This document shows positions 1 to 11,531 of a stretch of 64,000 bases of DNA, piece after piece. Origin of the DNA: Amoebophrya sp. A120 (Eukaryota; Protista; Dinoflagellata). The translations under genes and the position numbers were made by a program. Numbering within the stretch: position 1 is the stretch's first letter; each line of letters begins with the position of its first letter. The DNA is taken from positions 967,809 to 1,031,808 of the forward strand of contig CAJINV010000002.1 in the NCBI GenBank assembly GCA_905178155.1. Direction: 5' to 3'. The notes under the pieces were generated by a model, which did no database searches, was not told the origin of the DNA, and saw only the letters and a program-made list of their open reading frames with translations.

Positions 1-22
1 TGCGATACTTTTGCACAGGATA
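1..22. mobile_element. End of an introner (truncated by window edge)
   Basis: tgcgatacttttgcacaggata matches the right end of introners at 39114, 47643 and 48723. Confidence 0.8.
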
Positions 23-433
23 TCTACTCCTCAGCGTTTGTTCGCCAGAGAAAGTAAAACTGGACCGAAGAAAGTCACGCTCATCTGCGGGATGAAGATC
101 TTGTTCCCTTTTTGGCGGAGGGCGCTCCTGCTGCAAAAACATTGCCTGCTCCTGCTGGTGCGCCTTTTGCAGCACTAGTTCACGTAGAGATCGTGCCACG
201 GTAGTAGAAGGCCGGTCTACTTGAAAGAACGGGGTACTAGCAACACCATGTTGTCCTCCTGCGTCGAGTTGTGGAGAAGGTTGCTCCGCATCTTTTTGTC
301 CACCTTCCGCGGCCAGAAATTCTTCCAGTTGCTGGCCCGACGGGGGGCGGAATAAACCCGAATTGCTCCTGGTCTTCTCCTTGTCGCTGTCAGCCACGGC
401 GACCACCTCTTGCTCCAGGTCGTGCTGTTCCAC
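23..433 (-). CDS. Host gene A, downstream exon (uncharacterised protein, continues off window)
   Basis: Stop-free frame VEQHDLEQEVVAVADSD...GEQTLRSR; joins in frame to exon 21793-21906 when 434-21792 plus one TCCAC is removed. Confidence 0.75.
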
Positions 434-1018
434 TATCAAATGCAAAAGTGTCTGGGTCTGAAAGTAGAGTGCAGACCTTTGCGATGCGGTTTTTGCCTAG
501 CCCAGACCCGATCTGGGCAACATGCAAGCGCTAGCATCCCAGATTCCGAGCAGGTACTTATCCCGATGCCGAATCCACATTACAAATGCCTTCTTTCTGT
601 AAGAGCCTGCACGATTAATCGACCCCCTTCTCGATACCGAGAAGCCCCCCCGAGTCCGGATTCTGACCGACCTTACCCCCCCACGCCCCCCTTCTCGAAA
701 TCGGGGGGCTTTTTATCGCGAACCCTCCGTCCGAAACTGAACGCCAATGCTACGGCGCATTCTGCGCCATTCCTTTCTTTTTTAAGATTACAGCGCCAGA
801 CGCGGTCTCGCTTCGAGTAGATGCTACTTAGTAGCAAGCGAAACAGACATCGCCCACGCTGTGGCGCTTTTTCTATTTTATGTAGTTTTTCCCGAAAGAG
901 CGCAGTCAGCTGGCGTTTCGCTCGGCTCGCTGGTTTTGCAGCGCTTAGCAAAAAGCAAAGTAGCCCCCTGCTTCTTCTGATGTCGGCCACTATTATCGCT
1001 AAGACGGCCAGGAAGTCG

Positions 1019-1140
1019 TTGGGGGGAATGAAGGGCGAAAAAGTAAATATAAAGTTAATGACTGTAATCCTTAACTATTTAGGATAGATCTGATACATGT
1101 CTCGGATAGATCCGGATTTATCACGGATAGATCTTGGATT
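1019..1140 (+). repeat. Left TIR and subterminal GGAT(A/T)(G/T)ATC repeats of the hAT element
   Basis: TIR followed by ggatagatc/ggatttatc copies; 17-bp tgatacatgtctcggat (1091-1107) perfectly inverted at 20348-20364. Confidence 0.8.
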
Positions 1141-1801
1141 TGAAAGGTCGCACGCCGACTTTTTCGAAAAAAAAACAAAAAACTTTGACCGAATTTGCAT
1201 TGTTTCTCCTTGCATGAACAGTCGATCGCCGTGGGTTAATAAGGGATGCCCACTCCCCCGGATTGATCCCCTCGTGTAGATCTATCCACAGCGCGCGACA
1301 ATTTCTGGACCAGATATGTGATCTTTCGTTTGATCGTGACACGTGATCGGCTATCTTTTTCGCAATGTTGAAGAGTATGATTTGACGGAGTGAAAAAACA
1401 TATGTGTCGGCAATCGAGGCAGCTCTTGTGATGTTTCTACGCCATCTGAACGCGTTTTGGTTTTGCTTATGTCCACTTGCAGTTACATTCATGATAATGA
1501 TGTTGATTGTCAACATAGAAGGAATTCTGACTCAGCATCGAGCTCAAAACAGTGGTCGAAATGTAAATGTACCTCTACAACGTGCATGTCATGACAATGA
1601 GAGGAAAGTAAAAACATCATCAACATTCAACGAAGAGCTTGAGCGCATACGTCTATACCGCACAAGAAACGAAGGATCAACTTAAACCTAAACATACAGC
1701 AGTAGCTGCGTCATAGATAACGTGTCTCTCATTGCTTGTAGTGTCGATCAAGTGTCACGCAAACGCTTTTCCTTCCCATATCGTTATCAACCACGATCAC
1801 A

Positions 1802-2564
1802 TCACTTGGATTTCTTCTTGCTCTTCGGCGCCGAAGATGACGATGAAGAGGCCTTGGCTTTGGACTCCTCCTTGCGCTCCCACTCTCCGTCATCGTTCTT
1901 CACGACACCGACCAAGTCCGGGGCGTTGTTCACAATATCTTCGTCGGCCTGAACGTAATTTTTAATCTTTTTCATTTTGCAACTGAAGTTGAAGTGGATG
2001 CGCAGGGTTTGAGTATCATTTTAATTCTCGTCTCCATTTGGCTTTGCTATACATGAAAGCACGCAGCTCAACTTCATTCATATTGATATTCGTGCATGTC
2101 TACAAATGCTGACACATATGCACAACAAAAAACAGCACCACGAGTGTCACGTTGATGGACAATCCCTTCCGCTTCGGATCCACGTCATCCGGAAGCACGA
2201 AACCCTCCAACTTCACGGCTTTGGGGCCGATCTTCTTCCAGTACGGCACCGCTTTGGGCACCAAGTGGCACGGCGTGTCGTTGGGCGTGAACTTCATCGC
2301 GGACGAGTACTTTTCCATGATCGCGCACATCGCCAACATGTCCGGGTCGTCACCGATGTCGACGCTGTGTTTGCCGTCCATGGACTTCATGACAGGGCCC
2401 TCCATGTTGAGAGCAATGGTCTTCAAGTGGTCCTCGGAATGTTTCGCGTTGACCTTGCGGCCCTCGGCAGCAACCAAGGCCTCGATGGGGATTTTCGGGG
2501 CGTCGACCTTTGTGAACTTCTCCATGAAGTCCGCGATGTCGTCAGACTTCGGGTGGCGGGACAT
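1802..2564 (-). CDS. Cargo gene 3: small uncharacterised protein, 2 exons (about 2140-2564 and 1802-1955)
   Basis: MSRHPKSDDIADFMEKF... with strong GC3 bias; second GC3-rich segment VQADEDIVNNAPDLVGVV...SKKKSK*; AT-rich intervening sequence. Confidence 0.65.
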
Positions 2565-5500
2565 TTTTTTTGGCAAGTGGAGCCGCGAACTACCGGAAGT
2601 TTTTTTCTAGAAAGTGCAATTGCGAAAAAATTGCCGCAGTTACAGTATCAATAAAAGATGCGGAAAGGCAACAGAGTCAAAGCTGTGATGTGTGAATTTT
2701 ATGAACTGCAAGTGGTCAAGCATACAACGCCCTGAAGTATTTGGGTTTGTGCAGTCAGTTGGGGCACGCTTTTGATTTTCTGTTGGCATTTTGATTTTTA
2801 TTTTCCGATCCACTGAGTGATGAGTCTGAGTCTCAGGCTCAAGCTCAACGCAAATTTAAATATTTTGCGTGATCTGATCGCGAAGGTACTTTCGCGCTCT
2901 TCTCATCTTTCAGAAGGGTCTGCCGCTACCCTGACTCTGGCCATTCGTATTCTTGGAACTCTTGTTTCGCTTTTGATTTTCATTTTCATACTACTGCAAA
3001 TGCTACACTAGCTTGAGATGTGGCTGTGCCTGTAGCAGTAGCTGTGCTTGAGCTTGTGCATCAGTCTCCGGCGCCGACAATAAAAGGGAAATCATCAAGA
3101 ATGAACACCAGGTCTTTCAGCTCCAGCGAAGTGGGCAAAAAACATGCAGGCAACGACCGCCGTCATTTGATTCCCCGTAGCAACTAGTGCAACCACTTGA
3201 GTGCATGAATCTGAGTGTGAAGTGACCTCACGCGTCATCAACTGCATCAACGACAACCTCAGCAGGAGCAGCACGGAGATTCTGCTAAAAACAGTCCACG
3301 CTTAATCACGTTCGCGTTGTCATTCAATATCAATCTCAAGTGGAGAAAATAAGTGGTAAATCAGAATGGGCTACATTCCTTGCATTCTGTGTAGTAATCG
3401 ACCTCGACTTTGGTTGGCAGTGATACTTAGGCTATGCAGTAGTGATATCGGACACGCCATGTGATATCAAAAACATTATCATCTCTCCAAAGTGTTTTCA
3501 TATCATTATCATCACTATTTGCTTCGCATGCACATACTCACACTCAACGCTAGCGGTGATGTACTTGGCTAAGGAAGTGTAGCTGGAAAACGATACTGGT
3601 GATCAAAGCGAACCCGAACCGCGACGCGCATGTTTACCAGAAAGACAAACAAGCGACAGCAGTGCAGACCGATGTGACTTCTTCCACGCCAATTGACATG
3701 TAGTGAAGACAGACACTCCGACCGTCACCAGCACCACAAAACAAAGAGTGCGTGAGAATCAAATTCTGTGATCTACAGGCGAATCATAGTTGCAGGGAAT
3801 TTTTTGTATAATCCGGTAGGGGCTTTAAGGTTCAAAAGTCGCTGCGTTTCATATTTTAGATTGCCCCTCCTTGATAAAAGAGAAGAAGGCAGTAGTTCGC
3901 ACGCAGTAGACATGATTGAAATCAACCCCCTACCTTTGCATCGATGCGGAGGCACGTGCACGTAGTGGAAGATGCAGGGCAGATGGAAAATTGTTTGGTT
4001 ACACTGGTAAAGGTGAGCATAGTGGAATCGAAGCTGCGGCAAATTTAAACCTACCGGCACAAACACGGGGAAGGTGCTGGCAGTAAAAAAAGTAGAAGAC
4101 TTCAACATCCACGCACTTCAATTGTATCGAGAGTCATGATTCTTTTAAGTTCTCAGTCGCAGCTATCACGTTCACTTCCCTAGAAACAATCGAAGTAACG
4201 AATTGGCCAGGCTCAGTGCTAGTCTGATTGTTCTTGTGCTCGCTGTTGTTTCTATTACTGTTTGTGATGCTTCGCGTAGTTCCACAATAAATAGAGATAT
4301 TGAAGACATTCTGTGTGAGGCAGAGTTTGATTTTGAAAGTCAAATTCAATGACAACAACCACTCGCACGCTTTTCATCTCGAGAGAAAATTTCATTCTAA
4401 ATGATTTGACTTTCTTTTTTATGTAGAACGACCCGGAAGCTTTTTTTCATGTAGTTCTTCAAATAAAACTATTTTAATTTTTATTTTTCACAATCGATCT
4501 CTTCATAAAATTATAACTATTTTCGTACCTCAACTTCCTGATTTTATTTTCATTTAGATTGACTTTCACAAAAAATCAAATCGAAACAGATTTGCCGACG
4601 AGTTGAAGCATAGAGCTGCGACCTACAGCTTGGAAGCGAAACTCAGCAAGCCGATGATCACGTGGGCAGCCAGTCCTACGCAAGAAATACGCAAACCGTC
4701 ATACCTCGCGACATCATCAACGAGCAGCACAACCACGACCAAGCCGGGCCTCCCCATCCCCTTCGCGATACAGTAAACATTTTGGAGCAGAGAGCAGGTA
4801 TTCAATTTGTTTTATCAGCATGTATCTAGAAACGACATGAGGCGTTGGCGCAAGCGCACTTTCGTTTTCGTTCATATAGCTTGACTCATGACAGTGCGAA
4901 ACAAAAGCTGTTGCGTTTTATCTTTATGCCCTATGATTGTTGCTGTTCTAGTTTCATGCACATCTCAGCTTCCGCGTGCTTCTTGTTTACTATAAAAATG
5001 AAAATAATCGCTATTGTCGTACTGGTACTGCTACTGGTTCTGGATCTGGTAGTCGTAGTGTGGAAGTAAAAATAAACCCAAGTATCACCGCGCGACAGCG
5101 AAAGAGAAGAGGAAGCTCGAGCGATGCTGGGATTCAACAATCAAACTCGAACCGACATGACAGATCTTAGCATCAGTTCCGATATTCATACTTCAATTTA
5201 TAATTTTACTATCCTTGATATCGAAACGATGAAAAAACTATTTATAGCCTGACTACTTCATACGCCCCATCAGGTAAATGCGACCGGGACCTACAGCAAC
5301 TCTTTCAACGGTCATGCACAAATGACGGTGACTATCTCCATCGCAACAGAGGCGCAACGGTGATAGTCGAAACCACAAATCTGATACAGCGACGCGGTGA
5401 TAGGTTGACGCCGTGTCCGAGCAAGTACGAGCGCGGCAACAGCAGCACACGCAAAAACTCCGGACTGGGAAAAGCAGATCCAAATGGCATAGGATACAGG

Positions 5501-5986
5501 TATGAAGCTAAATGCTAACACATTGCCCGCCGATTGTGCTTGAGTCTCGGCTCCTACAGTATTAGTATTTGTATTCTCATCGTACAAAGCAAAACTATAA
5601 TGGAAGTTTTGGCGTGGTTACTATTAGGAAGAAACCGATAAGCAAGGACATCGAATGCAAGGAGCTGAGTAAAGGTTGCAACTGCAAGACCGAGAGGACA
5701 AGCATTGCTCCAGACAGCTGTTTCTAAACCTATTTTTTAATAGAGTTAGAAAGTAGAGAAACGGTCTTCACTGATTCTTGTCGTCTATAATGCTGCTACT
5801 CTTCCGATTAGAACAAGCCTCCTGAGCTTTTCTTTTTAATTTTGATTGTGGTGGTGCTGGTAGTTGTGCGTGTAGTTGTAGACTCTATGTCACTAGCACT
5901 CGCTGTAACTAAAACTATGAAAATAGAAGTAGTTTTTCCTTTCACTTTGTATATTCATTCTCATTCACTTCTCACGTTGAAGTAGT

Positions 5987-8900
5987 TTAGCTAGCCTCCT
6001 CTTCCTCGGAAGACGACGAGTCGGAGTCGGACGAGGAGACATTGTTCGCGTATTCGTCGTCATTATCTCCGTCAAAGAACTCGCTCAAATCATCCTGCAT
6101 CTGCTGGAAGTCACGCTTGTACTTCTTGACGTTGCGCTCGTACGCGAGGTCGTCGGACGCGCGGACGGGCATCTTGACGGTCAAGAACTGCCGGCTGTAC
6201 TCACCAGTGGCCTCGCAGGGACCGGTCGCGCCGGGGCCCATGGGAATCTCGACGTCGACGAGTTTAATCATCTCGGAGAATTCGTCATCCACCGGATTGG
6301 CATCAGTGGACTCCTGGCTGGTCTTCGCGGCACCGGGGGCCACGGTCTTGGCGGTATACTTCCACATGTACTTAACGCACGTGGTCGGACACGGGAACGC
6401 TTTCGCGTAGATCGACTCGTACATACCGCCCAACGACAACGCGTTCTGCGGGTGCCGCAGCTTGTTCAAAACAAACTTGCCGCCATTGTTGATCTCCTCG
6501 TCTCCGAGGTTGTAAAACTGTTTGCAGAGGCGGAACTCCGAACGCAACTTGATGAGGTCGCGCAACTTCCCCGAGGCCGGCTCCACCGCCTCCTTTTTGG
6601 ACTTCTTATCCTTCTTCTTCTCCTTTTTGTCATCCTTCTTGTCTTTCTTCTCCTCATCAATCTGCGGCTTATCCTTCTCGACCTTCGGGTACTTCACGTA
6701 GTCAGCCTTGGCGATCTCGCGGACCTTGAACCACGCCGGACTAACGTTGGATTTGTCCTTCAAGTACTCGATCGTCATTTTGTACAGGCTCTCCTCGTGT
6801 TCCTTGGCCTTCTTGGCATCAGCGGCTTTTTTGATGGCCTTTTCAGCGTCATCACCGGCCTTCACGCGGCGCGCGCTATCCTTGATCAAAGTTCCGATCG
6901 CTTCCTTGTACGGCTCCAAAACGCGGATCGTGTTGATGACGACGTGGTCCGCATCCGGGTCCTTCTTTTCTTCATAGAGCAACGGCTTCTCTTCCAGCTC
7001 GAGCCGGATCGACTCGTACTTCAAGAAATCGCTCAGCTCGATGTAGCGAAAACCGATGTCGCAGATGGTGTCGATGACGTGGTTGGTCGTAGCGATCTCA
7101 GCACCCTGATTATGACGCTGAGTTTTAGTTTTATGTCATGAGTAAGAGGAGTTGGGTTTTGGTTTGTCTCTGTCATCATTTCGGATTAAATCCCAGAAGT
7201 TAAGGCTTTGAAGCCTTAACCTAAGGGCTTGAAACCTTAGCTCAGGTTTTAGAATACGAATACGAAAATCCAAATCAAATGTTGAAGTAGAAGCACATGA
7301 TCCAAAACGCAAAAACGCAAACATGTTATGTAGTACATCAGAAGCAGCAAGGTGCTTCGCCAACTCGGCGCCGTTGTTCACACCAGCGGCGATGCGCTCC
7401 ACCTGGGATTCGTCATCCTGCTTTTGCTTCTTGCTCGGCGGGGATCTGGCCTTCTTTTCGATATCCCGCTTCTCCTTCGCAGAAATCTGCTGCTCCTCGG
7501 ACTGGCCCTGCATGGAGGACTGCGACAGCTTGAAGCTCACCATCTTGGACTTCTTCATCGACTTGGACTTCTTGGTGTCGTCGGCCACGTCCTTATCATC
7601 GTTTTTCTTGTTACCTTTGCCTTTCTTACCCTTTCCTTTCTTACCCATCTTGGCCTTTTTCTTCGCTGGACCATCTTCTTCTTCCTCTTCTTCATCTCCG
7701 GAAGCCTTATCCTTGTCCGCGTTCTTATCGTCGGCGGGGACGACATCCGCGTTGTTGTTGTTAGTGGTATTGTCGGCGTCCTGCATGATGGCGTCACCGG
7801 ATTGATCGACCAGCTCCGACTCATTCTTCGACTCGCCGGTCTCATCGGACGAGTTCTTGTTTTTCTTCGAATCATCGGCGATCGGCTTCGGCTTGACGAT
7901 GCGCTTGCGCCGCGCCATGTCTTCGCTTAACCTCCCATCCTCGGTCAACGGCATCAGGTAGCCCTGCGGCACGTAGTTCTTCATGATGATTTCGCTCCAG
8001 TTCTCACTGGGCTGGTGCCAGGTGGTGATGGTCCAGAACTGCTGCTTTCCGTCGTCGCTGGCGACACGCTGCCCCGCAGACCAACCGTACGTCGGCATGG
8101 GTTCGCCATGACTCTTCGCCACCAGCTCCATGTTCGGCAAGCGGTCGTTGCGCATCAGGTACATGTTGATGATCAGGCCCGGCAGCATTTTTATGCATTG
8201 CAAAAGTATCGCACTATCAGCAACTGCGTTTGCGATGTCTTGCATGACAAACACAGAAACAAGCCAAAATGAAAATCCATTTCTAAATCTAAATGTAGAT
8301 CAAATACAAATTTAAATACGAATTCGAAACTCATGCGCTCATCTCATGCATTATATCGTATCTGCCACTACAACTAGTTACTGGTATGAGTGCGATACTT
8401 TTGCAGTGCATAACCTTCTTGGTGTACGTGTCGTGATCGAGTTGTTGTTTCGGCTCGAGGACCCTCCTGAACACAAAACCGTCCTTGGGCGTCAGGAGCT
8501 TCACGGACGCCGGCGTTATATTTTCCCAGTTTTTCTCTTCTTCCGCTTCCGACAGGTCCATGTCATCCTCCTTCACTTCCTTCTCCTTCTTGGGCGGCGC
8601 CGTGATCCGCTTCTTGTAGTCGGAGAAGTTCTGATACAGCTGGACGATCTTCTTACGGACCTCGTTGCTCGGGTTCTTGTCGCGCATCTGGGCCGGCTTG
8701 AGATCCAGGCCCAAATCCTTCTCGACTTCGTTGATGTGACCGTTGGCGTTCGCTTGGCACAAGCGGCACAAGTTCAGCTGGTCCTGCTGCAGCATCAACT
8801 TTTCCGTGCCAAAGGCCTGGGAGATGCTGTGCTTGGTGCCGTACTTTATTTCGATGTAGCAGGCACACCACAGGTCGCACGCCTGGCTACCGATGTCGAG

Positions 8901-10466
8901 GCCCGTGAATTTAGCGTATTCGTTCTGTAGATGTAGATGTAGTTGGAGATGTGCAATTGCATGCGTAATCAGCATAGACATAGAAGCAACGTCGCGAGTG
9001 TTGTGACTGAAAAAAAAGCACAAACTAAAACAAAACAAAAACTATATAACTGAGAATAGGAGTGCGAGATTCTAGCTCTACGTCTACCTCATGCTCATCG
9101 TCGTCCTTATTACTCTGTAGCCTACAGCTTCCAATACCAATTCCTAAATAAAATCATAATCAAAATCAACTGGAACTGACGCTCATGCTAAAAAAGAAAA
9201 ATATACTTTAAACTGGGGAAACAGGTTCGCGTGCTGATCCGGATGCAACTCGCAATGGATGGTGGTACCAGTCATCGTCCACGGCTCGAAGATTTCGCGC
9301 TTCACGATGTGCGGCGTCTGTTCCACACAAACACCGGTCGTGATGCCTTCCACGCGGCGCTGGGCGTACTCCAAGATGCCACACGGGATCGCCATCGCCT
9401 CCTGGCACTGTTTCTTGTACGTGGCAAAGGATTCCTTCAACGGCTTCAGCACATGCAGTTGTTCAAAAAACTGCACAGTTTTTAATTTTTTGATTTCTTT
9501 GTGCTTGTATCGGATATGCATTTGCTTTTGCTCTCTACATGCGTGCGCGTCTGAAACGTTATCACTACTCTTTCGAAAAAGCAAAACGAACACCGAAGTC
9601 AAAGTCAAAGTATAACAGCATATGCATGACAGATTTGCATTTCAACTTGAGACGAAAAACAAAATCATAACCATTACCATAAGCAGCAAAAGTAAATAGA
9701 TAAAAAATGCAGTCGGTTTAAGAAATCCATCTCCCATATTGCGAATCTGGATAAATCTTTCGACCAACGCAACATGGTCGCTCAGGGAGTGGCGCAGAGT
9801 GACGCACTGTTTTGTTTTGATATTCATAATCTTGATCTTTGTATTGCATGAAAATAGAATCATTGATGAAAAATCAATGGCATGGCATGTATACTAAGAT
9901 GTATGCAAGACAAACACGCAACCTATCCTATATAGAAAAGAAAATGAAAATCGCGCTATACTTTCAGGCTCAGCGGCTCGACGGTCGCGAGTCCGACGTT
10001 GCCGAAAGCCTCGCGACTGTGGTTACCAGACAAGCGCCCGCACTTGTTGTCAGCAGTGGCGGAGGGACCGTTGTCGACCAAAATCATTCCTGAGGGATAT
10101 AATAGTTTGAATCTCATGCGTGATGATAGTGCAAAGCTAAAGAGTTTCATATGCATTACAAATGTTCACGAAAGACCAAAAAATCAAAAAAAAAGCTGTA
10201 CTCCAATCATTTGCCGTGTATCTTCCGATCCGGAGGGCGGTCTGTAATTTGAGTACTTGAAAGGGATTACAGTCCCTGTTTAGTTTGTGTTTCTTCGTGA
10301 CGTCCAAGATAGCCTGGGTCAACGGCCGCACAAACACACCATGCTCATCCGGAATTTGGAACGTGTTGATGGTGAAGTTGCCGATCTCGGTGGTGGTTTT
10401 TTGACGATTGTCATAGAGGAGGACCTCCTTTTCCGTCTGTGCGACGGTCACGGAGGTGTGCGCCAT
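5987..10466 (-). CDS. Cargo gene 2: multi-exon protein with N-terminal ParB/Sulfiredoxin-like motif and K/D/E-rich C-terminus
   Basis: GC3-rich exons at about 10200-10466, 9963-10093, 9210-9470, 8413-8925, 7355-8190, 5987-7105; motif ILVD...GRLSGNHSREAFGNVGLATVEP resembles ParB GxH(R)xxA; domain call is by eye. Confidence 0.6.
8192..8412. mobile_element. Degenerate introner inside cargo gene 2
   Basis: IR tatgcattgcaaaagtatcgcac ... gtgcgatacttttgcagtgcata; TSD not recognisable. Confidence 0.7.
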
Positions 10467-10658
10467 CCTGTGGTCGGAGAGTGTGTGGTGCTCTCCGACA
10501 AGTTGAAAACGACTACCAGAAGTAGATGATTTGAAGCGAAAATTGTCTCTCAGCTACGGGCTTTGGGATGATGGTGAAGGTTGAATTGGCATGAAATCAA
10601 TGTGAATTATCCTCGCGAGTTGTTCACTTTGCGATCAAATCTGATGATTTTCAGAAGA

Positions 10659-10831
10659 TGCAAAAATCATCATTTTGGATTAAATCCCAGAAGTTAAGGT
10701 TTTGAAACCTTAACCTAAGGTTTTGAAACCTTAGGCTAAGGTTTCAAAACCTTAGGTTAAGGTTTCAAAACCTTAGGCTAAGGTTTCAAAACCTTAACTT
10801 CTGGGATTTAATCCAAAATGATGATTTTGCA
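10659..10831. repeat. Foldback palindrome with five 16-bp quasi-palindromic units at 21-bp period
   Basis: Arms tgcaaaa(a)tcatcattttggattaaatcccagaagtt; units aaggttttgaaacctt at 10696 and 10717, inverted aaggtttcaaaacctt at 10738, 10759, 10780; degenerate half copy at about 7173-7250. Confidence 0.9.
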
Positions 10832-11531
10832 ACTCTTTCAAAGTCATCATTTCTCATCCAAAAAAAGATCTCCGACAACACTTTCAAAGCAACTACACAT
10901 CAACAAAAACCACCGACGAAGGAACGAAAGTCACTACTTTTGCTCTCAAAAAAGGTGTCAAAGAGCAGAGCTTTCCTTTGCATTTGATCAAAAAAGTGTC
11001 TGGAACGCCAGCAATTATCTGCATAAAAAACACGGCGGCGCCCTCCTCGTTGTCTCTCGCAGAGCAACCGCAACGCCATATATTAGAGATTTTCCAGCTC
11101 GTTGAAGTAGCTCTAGGCGCTGGAGTGCAAAGCCTATTGCTTCTCAATATTCATTCTGCACATAGAAACCCAAAGAAAAGCTCGAAGAAATCAGAAAGAA
11201 AAGCTCTAAGAAATCAGAAAGAGAAGCGCACTATTTTAGCTGGAATACTTTTGCACTTGCCGCAGTTTCTACATTATACAGCGCAGGAACCTTTTGCGAA
11301 AAGCGTCTTTCTTGATCGTTTTTTCCAATAGCTGCAACAGCTTACTCCGCAGCTTCTATCTGTAGTTATACTTCTTTCGCTGTAGATTTGCGTTCATTTT
11401 TATTCCTTATTATATTCCTAATACATAGTCAGCGCAATAACAATAAGAGCACCAGTTCAAGTAGGATTAAGAGTAGTGATGTGGAAAGTGCAAACGCGCT
11501 ACAGGTGCAAACACAGAGACATATGCAAGCT

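Noticed and set aside
593-602. Extension of the second TIR by 10 bp (ctttctgtaa vs inverted 21667-21676)
   Set aside because: No direct repeat flanks the extended boundary; better explained as TAA duplication in a palindromic target
2650-5900. Additional cargo gene within the hAT element
   Set aside because: Only short ORFs without codon bias or motifs; a decayed gene cannot be excluded
6042-8930. Plus-strand ORFs overlapping the cargo gene (and similar ones over 17466-18560 and 58427-61561)
   Set aside because: Antisense shadows of codon-biased minus-strand exons
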